A DNA stretch of 64,000 bases, taken from positions 1 to 64,000 of the IMG/VR virus record IMGVR_UViG_2863283106_000001; one strand, given 5' to 3'. The notes beneath the pieces are model-generated. The model searched no databases, was not told the origin of the DNA, and saw only the letters and a program-made list of their open reading frames with translations. This stretch comes from a virus. Lineage: Duplodnaviria > Caudoviricetes. Positions 1-8,690 of this stretch are shown here, piece after piece (position 1 is the stretch's first letter; each line of letters starts with the position of its first letter). Position numbers and translations under genes: made by a program.

Positions 1-94
1 CCCGAGCAGTCGCAGGCCCCCGCCCCGGAGAAGCCGGCCACGGCGGACCCGGCACCCGAGCAGTCGCAGGCCCCCGCCCCGGAGAAGCCGGCCA
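1..94 (+). repeat. 40-bp direct repeat with 54-bp period, coding PEQSQAPAPEKPA
   Basis: cccgagcagtcgcaggcccccgccccggagaagccggcca at 1-40 and 55-94. Confidence 0.9.
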
Positions 95-357
95 GCCCGG
101 CGCCGACGCAGCCGGAGAGTCCTGCCCCGCCCGTGGAGGAGACGCCCGCTCCAGCGGACCCTCCCCCCGCCCAGGAGGCGCCCGCCCCGCCGACCGAAGA
201 TGAGCCGGGCGTCCCGCCCGCGGCAGGTCCTCCCGCCGACGAGGTACCGCCTCCTGTGCCCGACACGGCGGCGCCGGGCGAGCCCCCCGCCGCCGGGCAG
301 GACGGGCCCGAGGGCAACCTGGTCATCCTCGACTCGGCTTGGACCACCGCAGTCTGA
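1..357 (+). CDS. 3' end of a Pro/Ala/Glu-rich protein (starts before the window)
   Basis: Frame 1 is open from base 1 (PEQSQAPAPEKPA...) to TGA at 355-357 and is followed by a strong hairpin. Confidence 0.7.
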   Translation, partial: PEQSQAPAPEKPATADPAPEQSQAPAPEKPASPAPTQPESPAPPVEETPAPADPPPAQEAPAPPTEDEPGVPPAAGPPADEVPPPVPDTAAPGEPPAAGQDGPEGNLVILDSAWTTAV

Positions 358-365
358 ACAGGCCA

Positions 366-402
366 GAAGGGGGCCCCGGAGCATTGCTCCGGGGCCCCCT
401 TC
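366..402. terminator. Bidirectional terminator-like hairpin between convergent genes
   Basis: Perfect 18-bp inverted repeat gaagggggccccggagca / tgctccggggcccccttc. Confidence 0.85.
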
Positions 403-416
403 CGGTATGCGGTCGG

Positions 417-887
417 CTAGAACGGCGGCTCGTCCCCGCCCGGCCCGGCCGCGGGCGGTCCGGCCCATGGGTCGTCCGCCGGGGGACGCCCCTGCGCTGC
501 GGCCGCCGGGCGCTGCGTTCCGCCGCTGGTCTTGGTCACCTTGGCCGTGGCGTTCTTGAGGCTCGCGCCGACCTCCTCGACGTCCAGCTCGTACACGGTG
601 CGCTTGACGCCCTCGCGGTCTTCGTAAGAGCGCTGCTTGAGCCGTCCCTGGACGATGACGCGCATGCCGCGGGTGAGGGATTCAGCGACGTTCTCGGCCG
701 CCTGCCGCCACACGGCGCAGGTCAGGAACAGGCTCTCGCCGTCCTTCCACTCGTTGGTCTGCCGGTCAAAGGTGCGCGGGGTCGAGGCGACGCGGAACTT
801 GGCGACCGCGGCGCCGGAGGGGGTGAAACGGAGCTCGGGATCGTCGACGAGGTTGCCGACGACGGTGATGACGGTTTCGCCTGCCAC
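417..887 (-). CDS. ssb: Single-stranded DNA-binding protein
   Basis: GTG start; [37 protein letters not shown]...DEPPF is a typical actinobacterial SSB with acidic tail. Confidence 0.97.
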   Translation of the reverse strand: MAGETVITVVGNLVDDPELRFTPSGAAVAKFRVASTPRTFDRQTNEWKDGESLFLTCAVWRQAAENVAESLTRGMRVIVQGRLKQRSYEDREGVKRTVYELDVEEVGASLKNATAKVTKTSGGTQRPAAAAQGRPPADDPWAGPPAAGPGGDEPPF

Positions 888-949
888 AGACCTGGGCCTT
901 TCAGGGTTGGGGCCGGCCCGCGGGGTGCGGACCGGCCGGGAGGGAGGGG

Positions 950-2020
950 TCAGGAGAACAGGCGGGACCAGGTTTCGGGGCCGGGCAGTCCGTCCGCGTC
1001 GGAGCCGGTCCAGTCCTGGGCGCGTTGGAACGCTTCCACGTTCTTGCGGTCGGCTTCCGACCACTTTGGGCCGGGTCCCTTGGTGTAGTGCTTGCCGTAT
1101 CCCTTGCGGACGAGCTGCTGCCCGAGCTGGGTGATGTACGCGTTGGACTTGCCGGGGCCGAACTTGTCGCGGCCGGGGAACTTCGGCGGGGACGGCTTCG
1201 CGGTGACCTTGGCCGGGAGCGAACCGAGCAGGGCCTTGAGGGACGCCTCGCCGGGCACACCGTCGGCGGCCTGGTGCGGGGCGGTGCCTTTGAAGCCGAG
1301 CGAGACCTGGAAGCCGGAGAAGTTCTTGGTGTCCGCGTCCGACCAGCGCGGGCCGGGCCCCTCCTTGTAGTGCTTGCCGAACCCGCGCTTGACCAGGGCC
1401 TCACCGACCTTGGTGACGTGGGCGCCGGTCGCGCCGTAGCCGTAGGTCAGGCCGTTGATCGTGACCTGGTAGCGGGCCACCGTCGGCGTGCTGGTGGAGG
1501 GCGTACCGCTGGAGCCGCCCGGGGCGGGCTGGTAGTCCCCGGCCGGCATGCCCGCCTGGACCCACGCGTACAGGTGCTCACCGGGGCACTTAGTGGCGAT
1601 GCCGTCCTTGTGGCCCTTCTTGGCGAGCGTCCGGCCGGTCTTCTTACACGCCTCCTCGTACAGGGCGCGGCACGCGGCGAGGGCCTTGTCGCTGGGCTCC
1701 TGGTCGCCGCCGATGGCGATCTGCACGCCGATGCCGGTCACATTGAAACCGGGGCAGTGCGCGCCCTGCAGGTTCCAGCCGCGGCCCTCGTAGATGGTGC
1801 CGTCCTGGTCGATGACGAAGTTGTAGCCGATCCCGGCCCAACCCTGGTTGCGGTGCGCGCGGTCGATGGTCTGCGGGACCTTGTTGCCGGTGTAGCCGAT
1901 CGGGTGGGCGCCGTCGTAGTGGACGAAGAAGAAAGCGCGCCGGCTCGAGGGAACGGCGGTCGGGTTGCCCGCCCAGGGCTTCGCGCCCCAGTCGGTACGG
2001 GAGACGATGCTGACAGACAT
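950..2020 (-). CDS. Endolysin: N-acetylmuramoyl-L-alanine amidase (PGRP/Amidase_2-like) with two C-terminal peptidoglycan-binding repeats
   Basis: [41 protein letters not shown]; two repeats of LVxxGxGKHYxxGPGPxWSxAD..FQ..ADGxPG. Confidence 0.92.
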   Translation of the reverse strand: MSVSIVSRTDWGAKPWAGNPTAVPSSRRAFFFVHYDGAHPIGYTGNKVPQTIDRAHRNQGWAGIGYNFVIDQDGTIYEGRGWNLQGAHCPGFNVTGIGVQIAIGGDQEPSDKALAACRALYEEACKKTGRTLAKKGHKDGIATKCPGEHLYAWVQAGMPAGDYQPAPGGSSGTPSTSTPTVARYQVTINGLTYGYGATGAHVTKVGEALVKRGFGKHYKEGPGPRWSDADTKNFSGFQVSLGFKGTAPHQAADGVPGEASLKALLGSLPAKVTAKPSPPKFPGRDKFGPGKSNAYITQLGQQLVRKGYGKHYTKGPGPKWSEADRKNVEAFQRAQDWTGSDADGLPGPETWSRLFS

Positions 2021-2055
2021 AGGTGGTGCCCCTCCGCTGGTGGTCAAGGAGGGGC

Positions 2056-2086
2056 ACCGTGCAGGGCCGGAGGGGTTAACGTCGCG
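2056..2086 (-). promoter_or_regulatory. Late-promoter-like motif upstream of endolysin
   Basis: CGCGAC-GTTAAC..(19 nt spacer)-CACGGT on minus strand. Confidence 0.7.
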
Positions 2087-2094
2087 CGCTGCCG

Positions 2095-2739
2095 TCAGGG
2101 GTCGATGACCTCGGCGTCGACGACGCTGCCGTCCTCGAGCTCGGGCGGGTACTCGACCGCGAACAGAGTGCGGTCCAGGCGCTCGGCGAGCTCGGACAGG
2201 TCCACGGCCTGATCATCCGGGCCGGTCGGCACGTCGCCCAGGCCGGTGATCTCGACCGCCAGGGTGGCGTCCTTGCCGTACTGGTCGCGGAACTGCCGCT
2301 CCAGGTACCAGGCATCCGCTCGCCAGTCCGGCGGGGTGCGGTCCTCGACGGTTTCCTCGACGATCTGGCCGGTGGCGGGGTCACGGAACTTTCGGGTGGT
2401 GACCTTGGTGACGATCCCGCCGTCCGCGACACGGCGGATGTTCGCCATGGCGCGCGCGGCCGCGGTAGCGCGGGCGGTGCGGACCTTCACGAACAGCTCG
2501 GCGTACCGCTCCTCTTCGGGGTCCGGTTTCTCGCCTGCCTCGCGGGCCTCGATCTCGGCGCGGCCGCGGGCCATCCATGCCAGGAAGCTCGAGCGGGACA
2601 CCCCGGCCATCTCCGCGGCCAGCTCGACGGCGACGCCTGTGCGTGAGGCTGCGACGAGTCGCTGCTCGACCTCTTCGGAGAGCAGGCGCGGCCGGCCGGC
2701 GCGGGGGCGGGGCCGGTGTGCCTTGCGTCGGGTGGACAT
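2095..2739 (-). CDS. Putative terminase small subunit-like HTH protein
   Basis: GRPRLL, HTH (AAEMAGVSRSSFLAW) and DWRADAWYLERQFRDQYGK motif typical of TerS-like proteins; follows a ParB-like gene. Confidence 0.6.
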   Translation of the reverse strand: MSTRRKAHRPRPRAGRPRLLSEEVEQRLVAASRTGVAVELAAEMAGVSRSSFLAWMARGRAEIEAREAGEKPDPEEERYAELFVKVRTARATAAARAMANIRRVADGGIVTKVTTRKFRDPATGQIVEETVEDRTPPDWRADAWYLERQFRDQYGKDATLAVEITGLGDVPTGPDDQAVDLSELAERLDRTLFAVEYPPELEDGSVVDAEVIDP

Positions 2740-2762
2740 GGGCGTACCTCAGCGGCAGGGGG

Positions 2763-3395
2763 TCAGTGGCCGGACGTGAACAGGTGCCCGCAGGCCGGGC
2801 AAGTGGTGTGGGGGGCGCGGCCCTCGTCGTCGGGGCTGAGACCGTCCCCGCGTTCCCCGTCGTCGGGCAGGTGCAGCAGGGCCGTCTCGTCTTCGCGGCC
2901 GCCGCCGGGCAAGGTCTCGGGGTCGACCAGGCCCAGCATCTTGTCGATCTCCTCGTGCGGGATGGCCAGGGAGTCGAACAGTTCCGCGTCGTTGGTGGCC
3001 AGGTCCTCGAGGACCTCGGCGAACTCGCGCGGGTCCCACCCTCCCTCGCCGGGGAGCCGGTTCAGCTTGATGGCCAGAGCCTCGGCTTCGGCGTCGTTCT
3101 TGGAGGACCAGCCGCGCAGGATGGGGACGAGCCAGCCGCCGTCCTCATCGACGACGATGCCGCTCGGGGTGCGCATGCCGCGGGCCTGCATCTCCAGCAG
3201 GGACTCGCGGCGGCCGTGGCCGTGAAGGGTCTTCTGGGTGCGCTCGTCGACGACCGGTATCTCCACCAGGCCATGCATGTCGATCGACGCGATGATGAGC
3301 TCGAGCTCATGCCGCTTGGGGTTGCGGGGCGCCGGCGTCAGGTCGGTGAGCGGCACGTAGGCGATGTAACGCGGCGCGGCGATCGTCTCGGTCAC
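2763..3395 (-). CDS. ParB/Srx N-terminal-domain protein with C-terminal CxxC
   Basis: VPLTDLTPAPRNPKRH..IASIDMHGLVEIPVVDE..LHGHGRRE; ends TTCPACGHLF. Confidence 0.8.
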   Translation of the reverse strand: MTETIAAPRYIAYVPLTDLTPAPRNPKRHELELIIASIDMHGLVEIPVVDERTQKTLHGHGRRESLLEMQARGMRTPSGIVVDEDGGWLVPILRGWSSKNDAEAEALAIKLNRLPGEGGWDPREFAEVLEDLATNDAELFDSLAIPHEEIDKMLGLVDPETLPGGGREDETALLHLPDDGERGDGLSPDDEGRAPHTTCPACGHLFTSGH

Positions 3396-3615
3396 GGCTG
3401 GTGCAGTCCTCTCCCACGCGGTCGGTGTCCGACAGCGGGTGAGGGTTGCGAGCCCGCGGACTCCTACCGCGGCGCCCCGCCTCGCAAGCTAGGGCATGCC
3501 GTCATGGCCGTCCCTCACCCGCTGCCGGGCCGGTCCCGCCCCCTGTTCCGGATGGGGGTGGAGCCGGGGCGCTGCCGCTTCCGGTGACGTCACCGAACGC
3601 TGCAAAGCCGCGAGG

Positions 3616-3645
3616 AACGTAGGTGGGCGCGCCGTTAACGTCGCC
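3616..3645 (-). promoter_or_regulatory. Late-promoter-like motif upstream of ParB/TerS operon
   Basis: GGCGAC-GTTAAC..(18 nt)-TACGTT. Confidence 0.6.
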
Positions 3646-3718
3646 TTCTCCCCAAGCGATTTACCTGGGTGTACTATTCGGGGCAGTTGGGAGAGCAACC
3701 CAGCTACCTGGGCCTAGG

Positions 3719-3746
3719 TGTAACAAAAATCGGCTGGCGACGTACC
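3719..3746 (+). promoter_or_regulatory. ECF-sigma-like promoter TGTAAC-N16-CGT
   Basis: TGTAAC aaaaatcggctggcga CGTACC; same architecture at 59251-59278 on minus strand. Confidence 0.45.
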
Positions 3747-3828
3747 TCTATGCGACGCCCCCGAGACACCCCGCCCGGGACACCACGGAACCCGGGCCTT
3801 GGCGTCCGGGGAAGAGAGGAACACCCAG

Positions 3829-4431
3829 ATGTCGCACGACGTCGCTGACGACACCCAGGGCGAGGAAACCCCCGAGGTCCCCCTGACGGTTCTCGGGCTG
3901 ATCGGCGCCCTTGCCCGCGCGATGGAGGACCACCAGAAGGAGGTCATCCAGCCGAAGAAGGACGCACCGAAGGACCTCCTCGTCCAGAGCTTCACCGACG
4001 ACAAGCGGACCGACCTCGTCATCGAGATCGGCGGCCAGAAGGTGGGCCACTACAAGGTCAACACCACCCGGCCCAAGTTCGTGGTCGACGACGAAGCCGC
4101 GTTCGACGCGTACGCGGAGGAGAAGGGCGAGATCGAGGTGGTCATCGTCCGCCGGAAGTCGTTCGAGACCGCGGTGCTCACCCACGCGCAGAGGGACCCG
4201 GAGACGGGCGTCATCTTCGACTCGCGCAACGGGGAGATCGTCCCCGGCCTCAAGTTCGTGCCGGGCGGGAAGCCCACCGGCACCGTCACCTGGACCTGGG
4301 AGACGTTCAAGAAGCGGCCGGTCGGCAAGGACGTGCTGCTCGCGGCGTACCGGCGCGGTGAGCTCAACGAGTTGCTGCGGGAGATGCCGGAGCTGTTGCC
4401 CGGCGCTGTACCCGACAGCACCGACGCGTGA
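3829..4431 (+). CDS. Phage hypothetical protein (possible Gam/Gp157-like DNA-end-binding protein)
   Basis: RBS gagagga before ATG 3829; GC3-biased frame; C-terminal FVVDDEAAF..DSRNGEIVPGL pattern; family assignment is tentative. Confidence 0.7.
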   Translation: MSHDVADDTQGEETPEVPLTVLGLIGALARAMEDHQKEVIQPKKDAPKDLLVQSFTDDKRTDLVIEIGGQKVGHYKVNTTRPKFVVDDEAAFDAYAEEKGEIEVVIVRRKSFETAVLTHAQRDPETGVIFDSRNGEIVPGLKFVPGGKPTGTVTWTWETFKKRPVGKDVLLAAYRRGELNELLREMPELLPGAVPDSTDA

Positions 4432-4490
4432 CGCTGACCGTCCGGGTCCGGCCCACCGCGGCCGGGCCCCTCTCCCCAGGGACTCCCACC

Positions 4491-4775
4491 ATGACCACCG
4501 CCGTGAAGACCACACGCATCGAGGCCACGGACCTGTCCGACCGCGCGTTCCGCGTCCTGTGCGAGCTCGCCACGCACCCCCGGAACCACTGGGTCGACGT
4601 CCCCTCCATCGCCTCCGGCCTCAAGGTCAAGCCCCACGCCGTACGCCGCGCGCTCGCCGAGCTGCGCGCCGCCGGCGTCGCCGAGCGGGACCGTCGGTTC
4701 ATACGCGACAACGGCCGCGCCACGCACCGCACGTACTTCCGCCTGACCAACGACTCCAGCGAGGCCTCCGCATGA
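4491..4775 (+). CDS. Winged HTH protein
   Basis: LSDRAFRVLCEL..IASGLKVKPHAVRRALAELRAAGVAER; ATGA overlap with next gene. Confidence 0.75.
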   Translation: MTTAVKTTRIEATDLSDRAFRVLCELATHPRNHWVDVPSIASGLKVKPHAVRRALAELRAAGVAERDRRFIRDNGRATHRTYFRLTNDSSEASA

Positions 4776-5842
4776 ACCGCTCGTCCGAGGCCGGAGGGCT
4801 GCGCCACAATCCGAGCCGCCCTCCGTACGTCATAGTCGATTCCAAGACCGTCCGCGACACCAGAATCAGCTACCGCGCTCTGGCGCTCCTGGTCTTCCTC
4901 CTGGACCAGGCGGAAGGATGGCAGGTCCGGTCCGACCAGCTCTCCAAGGGCGAGGGCCGCGAAGGACGAGCGGCCGTCCGTACCGCGCTGCGTGAGCTCG
5001 CCGTGCACGGTTACTACCGCCTCGAGCGGCGCCGGCTGCGCAACGGGAAGTGCGTCATGGGCACGGCCATCTCCAGAACCCCCATCGAGCAGTGGGTTCG
5101 GGATCACGAGATTTTCAGCACCCAGAGAGACCCGGCCGTGCCCGTCGTCGAGCAGGAGGACGGCACGTTCCTCGTGGAGTACCCCGACGGCACCTTCGGC
5201 AGCGACGGGTTCGCGCCCGACCCCCGCGACGAGGAGGAACCGCCCGCCGATCCGGGGCCCGAGCCCGAGCCGGCGGAGGAGCAGCCGGCCGCGCCGCCGA
5301 AGAAGCCCGCCCGCACCCGGCGCCCCCGCCGGACGCCGGAGGAGAAGGCGGCCGCGGACGCGGAGAAGGCAGCCGCCGCTGAGAAGAAGGCCGCGGAGAA
5401 GGCCGCGCTCGACGAGGGCGCGACCGCGGGGGCCCAATGGTGGTGGGGCACCGCGGCGAAGAACGGGCAGCCCGCCAAGAAGGGCCGCGTGGACGAGCTG
5501 GCGGACGCTGGGGTCATCCCCCGATACGTGGGCAACAGGAGCCGCGCCTATCACGGCGTCAGGAACCTGGTCCGTAACGCCCTCGCGGCCGGATACGACC
5601 GCGGCACGGTTGCCCAGGCCCTCGAGGACACAAAGCGCGCGTTCCCCAGTCAGCAGCAGTTCGAGGACGCATGCGCGGCTGCGGCCGGTGTCCACATCGA
5701 CCGGCCCCGTTTCGGCAGCTCCCGGCCGCCGGCCTACAGCGACACCGCCAACTGGGGCGACCAGAACAGCGGCACGCCGACCACCAGCAGCACCCCCGAC
5801 GAGCCGGACGAGGTCACGTTCGGCGTCATCGAACGACCGTAA
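4772..5842 (+). CDS. Phage replication initiator-like protein (N-terminal wHTH)
   Basis: YVIVDSKTVRDTRISYRALALLVFLL..GW..EGRAAVRTALRELAVHGY; directly upstream of a DnaC-like loader. Confidence 0.75.
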   Translation: MNRSSEAGGLRHNPSRPPYVIVDSKTVRDTRISYRALALLVFLLDQAEGWQVRSDQLSKGEGREGRAAVRTALRELAVHGYYRLERRRLRNGKCVMGTAISRTPIEQWVRDHEIFSTQRDPAVPVVEQEDGTFLVEYPDGTFGSDGFAPDPRDEEEPPADPGPEPEPAEEQPAAPPKKPARTRRPRRTPEEKAAADAEKAAAAEKKAAEKAALDEGATAGAQWWWGTAAKNGQPAKKGRVDELADAGVIPRYVGNRSRAYHGVRNLVRNALAAGYDRGTVAQALEDTKRAFPSQQQFEDACAAAAGVHIDRPRFGSSRPPAYSDTANWGDQNSGTPTTSSTPDEPDEVTFGVIERP

Positions 5843-5860
5843 GCAAGGAGGGCGACCCCC

Positions 5861-6685
5861 ATGACAGCCACGACGGACGCCCCGGCCCCCGCCACGACGC
5901 GCGGCCTCAACCGTCTCGACGCCGTCACCGCCCACATGCGGGAGGTGCTGGCGCGCGGCGGCGCGGATATGTCCCAGCTCGGCGTGCCCGACCGCCGGGC
6001 GGACGACGACGAGGGCGAAGTGTGGGACAAGATCACCGTGCCGAAGGCGCGCGCGGCCCAAGCGGCGTGGAGGAACAGCATGGTCGACGCCGCGCACGAG
6101 GAGTACCTGCGCTTCCGCTTCAAGGACCTGGACCCCAATCAGAGCCCGGACAAGCTGCAGCAGTGGCTCGACTCCCTCGTCGCCGCGAAGAGGAGCGGGG
6201 GGCGGCCGTCACACCTGAACGCGATCATGCCGGGGAACGTCGGCAGCGGGAAAACCACCGCGCTCACCGCTCTCGGCAACGAGGCCGCCGACCTGGGCCT
6301 GCGGGTCCTGTTCCTCAAGCACGCCACCTACCTGACGTGGCGCCGCCCCGACTCCGCACCGCACGACCTCACCACCCACCAGGTCCGTGCCAAGTTCATC
6401 ACCTGCGACCTGCTGATCCTGGATGAGCTGTGCGGCGAGATGGACACGGTCGCCAGCGAGTTCGCCCGAAGGGAGACCATCGACCTGGTGGACGCCCGGA
6501 TCGCGGCCGGCCGGCCGACGGCGTACTCCACAAACTTGCACCGCTGCCGCACGAAGGAGCGGCCCATCCCGGGAATCGCCGAGATCCTCGGGGCGCGGTT
6601 CCTGTCGCGGCTGGAGGATTCCGCGTACCTGGTTCCGGTCGTAGGCCCGGACCGGCGGAAGCCCGCGAAGGAACTCGACTGGTAG
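5861..6685 (+). CDS. DnaC/IstB-like AAA+ ATPase (helicase loader)
   Basis: Walker A GNVGSGKT, Walker B DLLILDEL, RPTAYSTNL, LGARFLSRL, GPDRR. Confidence 0.88.
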   Translation: MTATTDAPAPATTRGLNRLDAVTAHMREVLARGGADMSQLGVPDRRADDDEGEVWDKITVPKARAAQAAWRNSMVDAAHEEYLRFRFKDLDPNQSPDKLQQWLDSLVAAKRSGGRPSHLNAIMPGNVGSGKTTALTALGNEAADLGLRVLFLKHATYLTWRRPDSAPHDLTTHQVRAKFITCDLLILDELCGEMDTVASEFARRETIDLVDARIAAGRPTAYSTNLHRCRTKERPIPGIAEILGARFLSRLEDSAYLVPVVGPDRRKPAKELDW

Positions 6686-6792
6686 CACCAGCGTCGAATC
6701 ACCCGCTATGCGCCTCTTCCTGACGGGAAGTGGGCGTCAACACCGGCACAGCAGACGGAAGACGCTATATCGTTTAGTCGATCCGGGAGGCC

Positions 6793-8076
6793 ATGAGCAT
6801 AAGCCGACCGGGCGACCCGAACGAGAGGAAAGGTGTCTTGAAGCTGCCGTTCACCCGTGCCCGGCAGGACCGCGATCCGAAGCCCTCCAACGACTCCGGC
6901 ATCCCCCCGCTCAGCCGCTGGGAGCGCCTCGGCGCCGGAGCCATCGTCATCGGCGGGGCCGCGGTCGGAGGCTTCGGCTTCTTCGCGTCGTTCGACGCGG
7001 TGTCGCTCAAGGCCGCGGACTGGGGTTTCAGTGAGCCGTGGGTCCTGCCCACGGCCATCGACTCGGCCATCCCCGTGTTCACCGGCGCGTACCTGCTCCT
7101 GATCCGTATGGGCATGCCGCTGTGGTGGGCGCGGATCGTCCCCTGGGCCCTGAGCCTGGTCACCTGCGCCCTGAACGTCGCGGCCGGCACCTCCCTGTGG
7201 TCCAAGGTGGCGCACGGCGCGATGTCCCTGCTGTGGGTCGCAGTCTCCGAGATCGCCGCGCACGTCTACGCCGTGCGGATCGGCGCGGCGACCGGCCGGA
7301 AGATGGACAAGGTCCGATGGGCCCGCTGGTTCCTCTCCCCGGGCCCGACGTTCCTGCTCTGGCGCCGGATGAAGCTGTGGGAGCTGCGTTCGTACGACCA
7401 GGTCCTCAAGCTCGAGCAGGAACGACTCGTCTACCAGGCGCAGCTCCGCGGCCGATTCGGGCGGGCATGGCGCAGGAAGGCGCCCGTGGCGTCGCTGCTG
7501 CCGCTGCAGCTCGTCAGCGCCGGCGTCCCGCTCGCCGAGACAGCCCCGGCCGGTCTGCGCGCGGCGGGCCTCGAGCCCACGGGCATCTTCGCCGAGCCCG
7601 TCGAGCCGGTCGAGGAGCTGCAGGCGCTCCCTGCCCCGCCCGCGCCCCGGCCCACCCCCGTGCCTGCGGCGACCGCCCGTAGGTCGCGTCAGGTCACGGC
7701 CACCGTCCCCGCCCGGCCGGAGGCCCCGAAGAACACCCCCGAGCCGGCTGAGCCTGCGGCGGCCCATGCCGAGAACGACAACACCGAGGAGCAAGCCGAC
7801 GCCTACGCCCCTCTGCCGGCCACGGAGAACGAGTTGTACGGCGTGGTCGTGGCCGCCCTGGAGCAGGGACAGCTCAAGCGCTTCAACCAGGGCGGGGACC
7901 TGACCGGCGCCGCCATCGGCCGCGCGTTGGGCCAGACGGCCCAGAACGGCCGGAAGGTACGCAACCGGCTGCTGACCCGGTACGCCGCGCACCTCAGCGA
8001 CCAGGGCATCCCCGTACCGGAGAACTTCGGTCCCGAGGACCTGGCGAAGCACCTGACGACCACAACGACCGCGTAG
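6793..8076 (+). CDS. DUF2637-like (plasmid spread-type) membrane protein
   Basis: Four hydrophobic segments, GFFASFDAV, VLPTAID, RWFLSPGPTFLLWRRMKLWELRSY motif; Pro-rich linker and C-terminal HTH; exact start uncertain. Confidence 0.8.
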   Translation: MSISRPGDPNERKGVLKLPFTRARQDRDPKPSNDSGIPPLSRWERLGAGAIVIGGAAVGGFGFFASFDAVSLKAADWGFSEPWVLPTAIDSAIPVFTGAYLLLIRMGMPLWWARIVPWALSLVTCALNVAAGTSLWSKVAHGAMSLLWVAVSEIAAHVYAVRIGAATGRKMDKVRWARWFLSPGPTFLLWRRMKLWELRSYDQVLKLEQERLVYQAQLRGRFGRAWRRKAPVASLLPLQLVSAGVPLAETAPAGLRAAGLEPTGIFAEPVEPVEELQALPAPPAPRPTPVPAATARRSRQVTATVPARPEAPKNTPEPAEPAAAHAENDNTEEQADAYAPLPATENELYGVVVAALEQGQLKRFNQGGDLTGAAIGRALGQTAQNGRKVRNRLLTRYAAHLSDQGIPVPENFGPEDLAKHLTTTTTA

Positions 8077-8102
8077 GGCATCCTGCCCCTACCCGTACCG
8101 AA

Positions 8103-8136
8103 GCGGCGGGCCCCCGAGACCTGGGGCGCCCGCCGC
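8103..8136 (+). terminator. Hairpin after DUF2637-like gene
   Basis: gcggcgggc.ccc ... ggg.gcccgccgc. Confidence 0.55.
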
Positions 8137-8156
8137 CTGCATGATCGGACCCTTCC

Positions 8157-8570
8157 ATGACACCGGAGATCCTGGCCCGGATCGCCACCGCCCGCGCACT
8201 CCGCGACCTGTCCGACCTAGCCCGGCAGGAAGTCGCGGCCACGGCTGAGCCTCTCAGCCCCGCAGAACGCATCAGGAGAGCCCGCCGCCTGCGGCAGATG
8301 ACCAACGAGATCATCGACCGCGTCGTCCTCGCCGAGGCCCTGGCCGGCGCGTCATGGGAGGAGATCGCGGGGGCTCTGGGCCTGCGTGACCCGGGCACGG
8401 TGGAACGGGAGTACGCCGAAGACGTCGCCGAGTGGGCGGCCCTGCCCGAGGACGAGATGGAGGCCGAAGCCGAGGGCGCCGAGGACCTTGACGCCTGGTA
8501 CGCCCGGCACCGCGAGGACCACGACCCGACAGCACCAAGTCCCGTAACCGATCTGCTGAACAGGCGTTGA
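8157..8570 (+). CDS. Hypothetical protein with HTH-like segment
   Basis: EALAGASWEEIAGALGL; fills the gap with appropriate codon bias. Confidence 0.7.
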   Translation: MTPEILARIATARALRDLSDLARQEVAATAEPLSPAERIRRARRLRQMTNEIIDRVVLAEALAGASWEEIAGALGLRDPGTVEREYAEDVAEWAALPEDEMEAEAEGAEDLDAWYARHREDHDPTAPSPVTDLLNRR

Positions 8571-8594
8571 TCCACCCCCACCGAGGGGTAGAAT
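8567..8594 (+). promoter_or_regulatory. Housekeeping-sigma-like promoter
   Basis: TTGATC-N16-TAGAAT about 100 bp upstream of the AAA gene. Confidence 0.45.
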
Positions 8595-8690
8595 GGGTAA
8601 CCGATGTCAACGGCGAGAGGCTAAGGCCTCCGCCGTCGCATCCTCCGCGGGAGAGCAACCCGGGGAACCACGAAGTGAGGAACAACCCAG

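Noticed and set aside
3911-4771. N-terminal extension of the 643-aa ORF
   Set aside because: Overlaps two better genes; real start is the ATGA-coupled ATG at 4772
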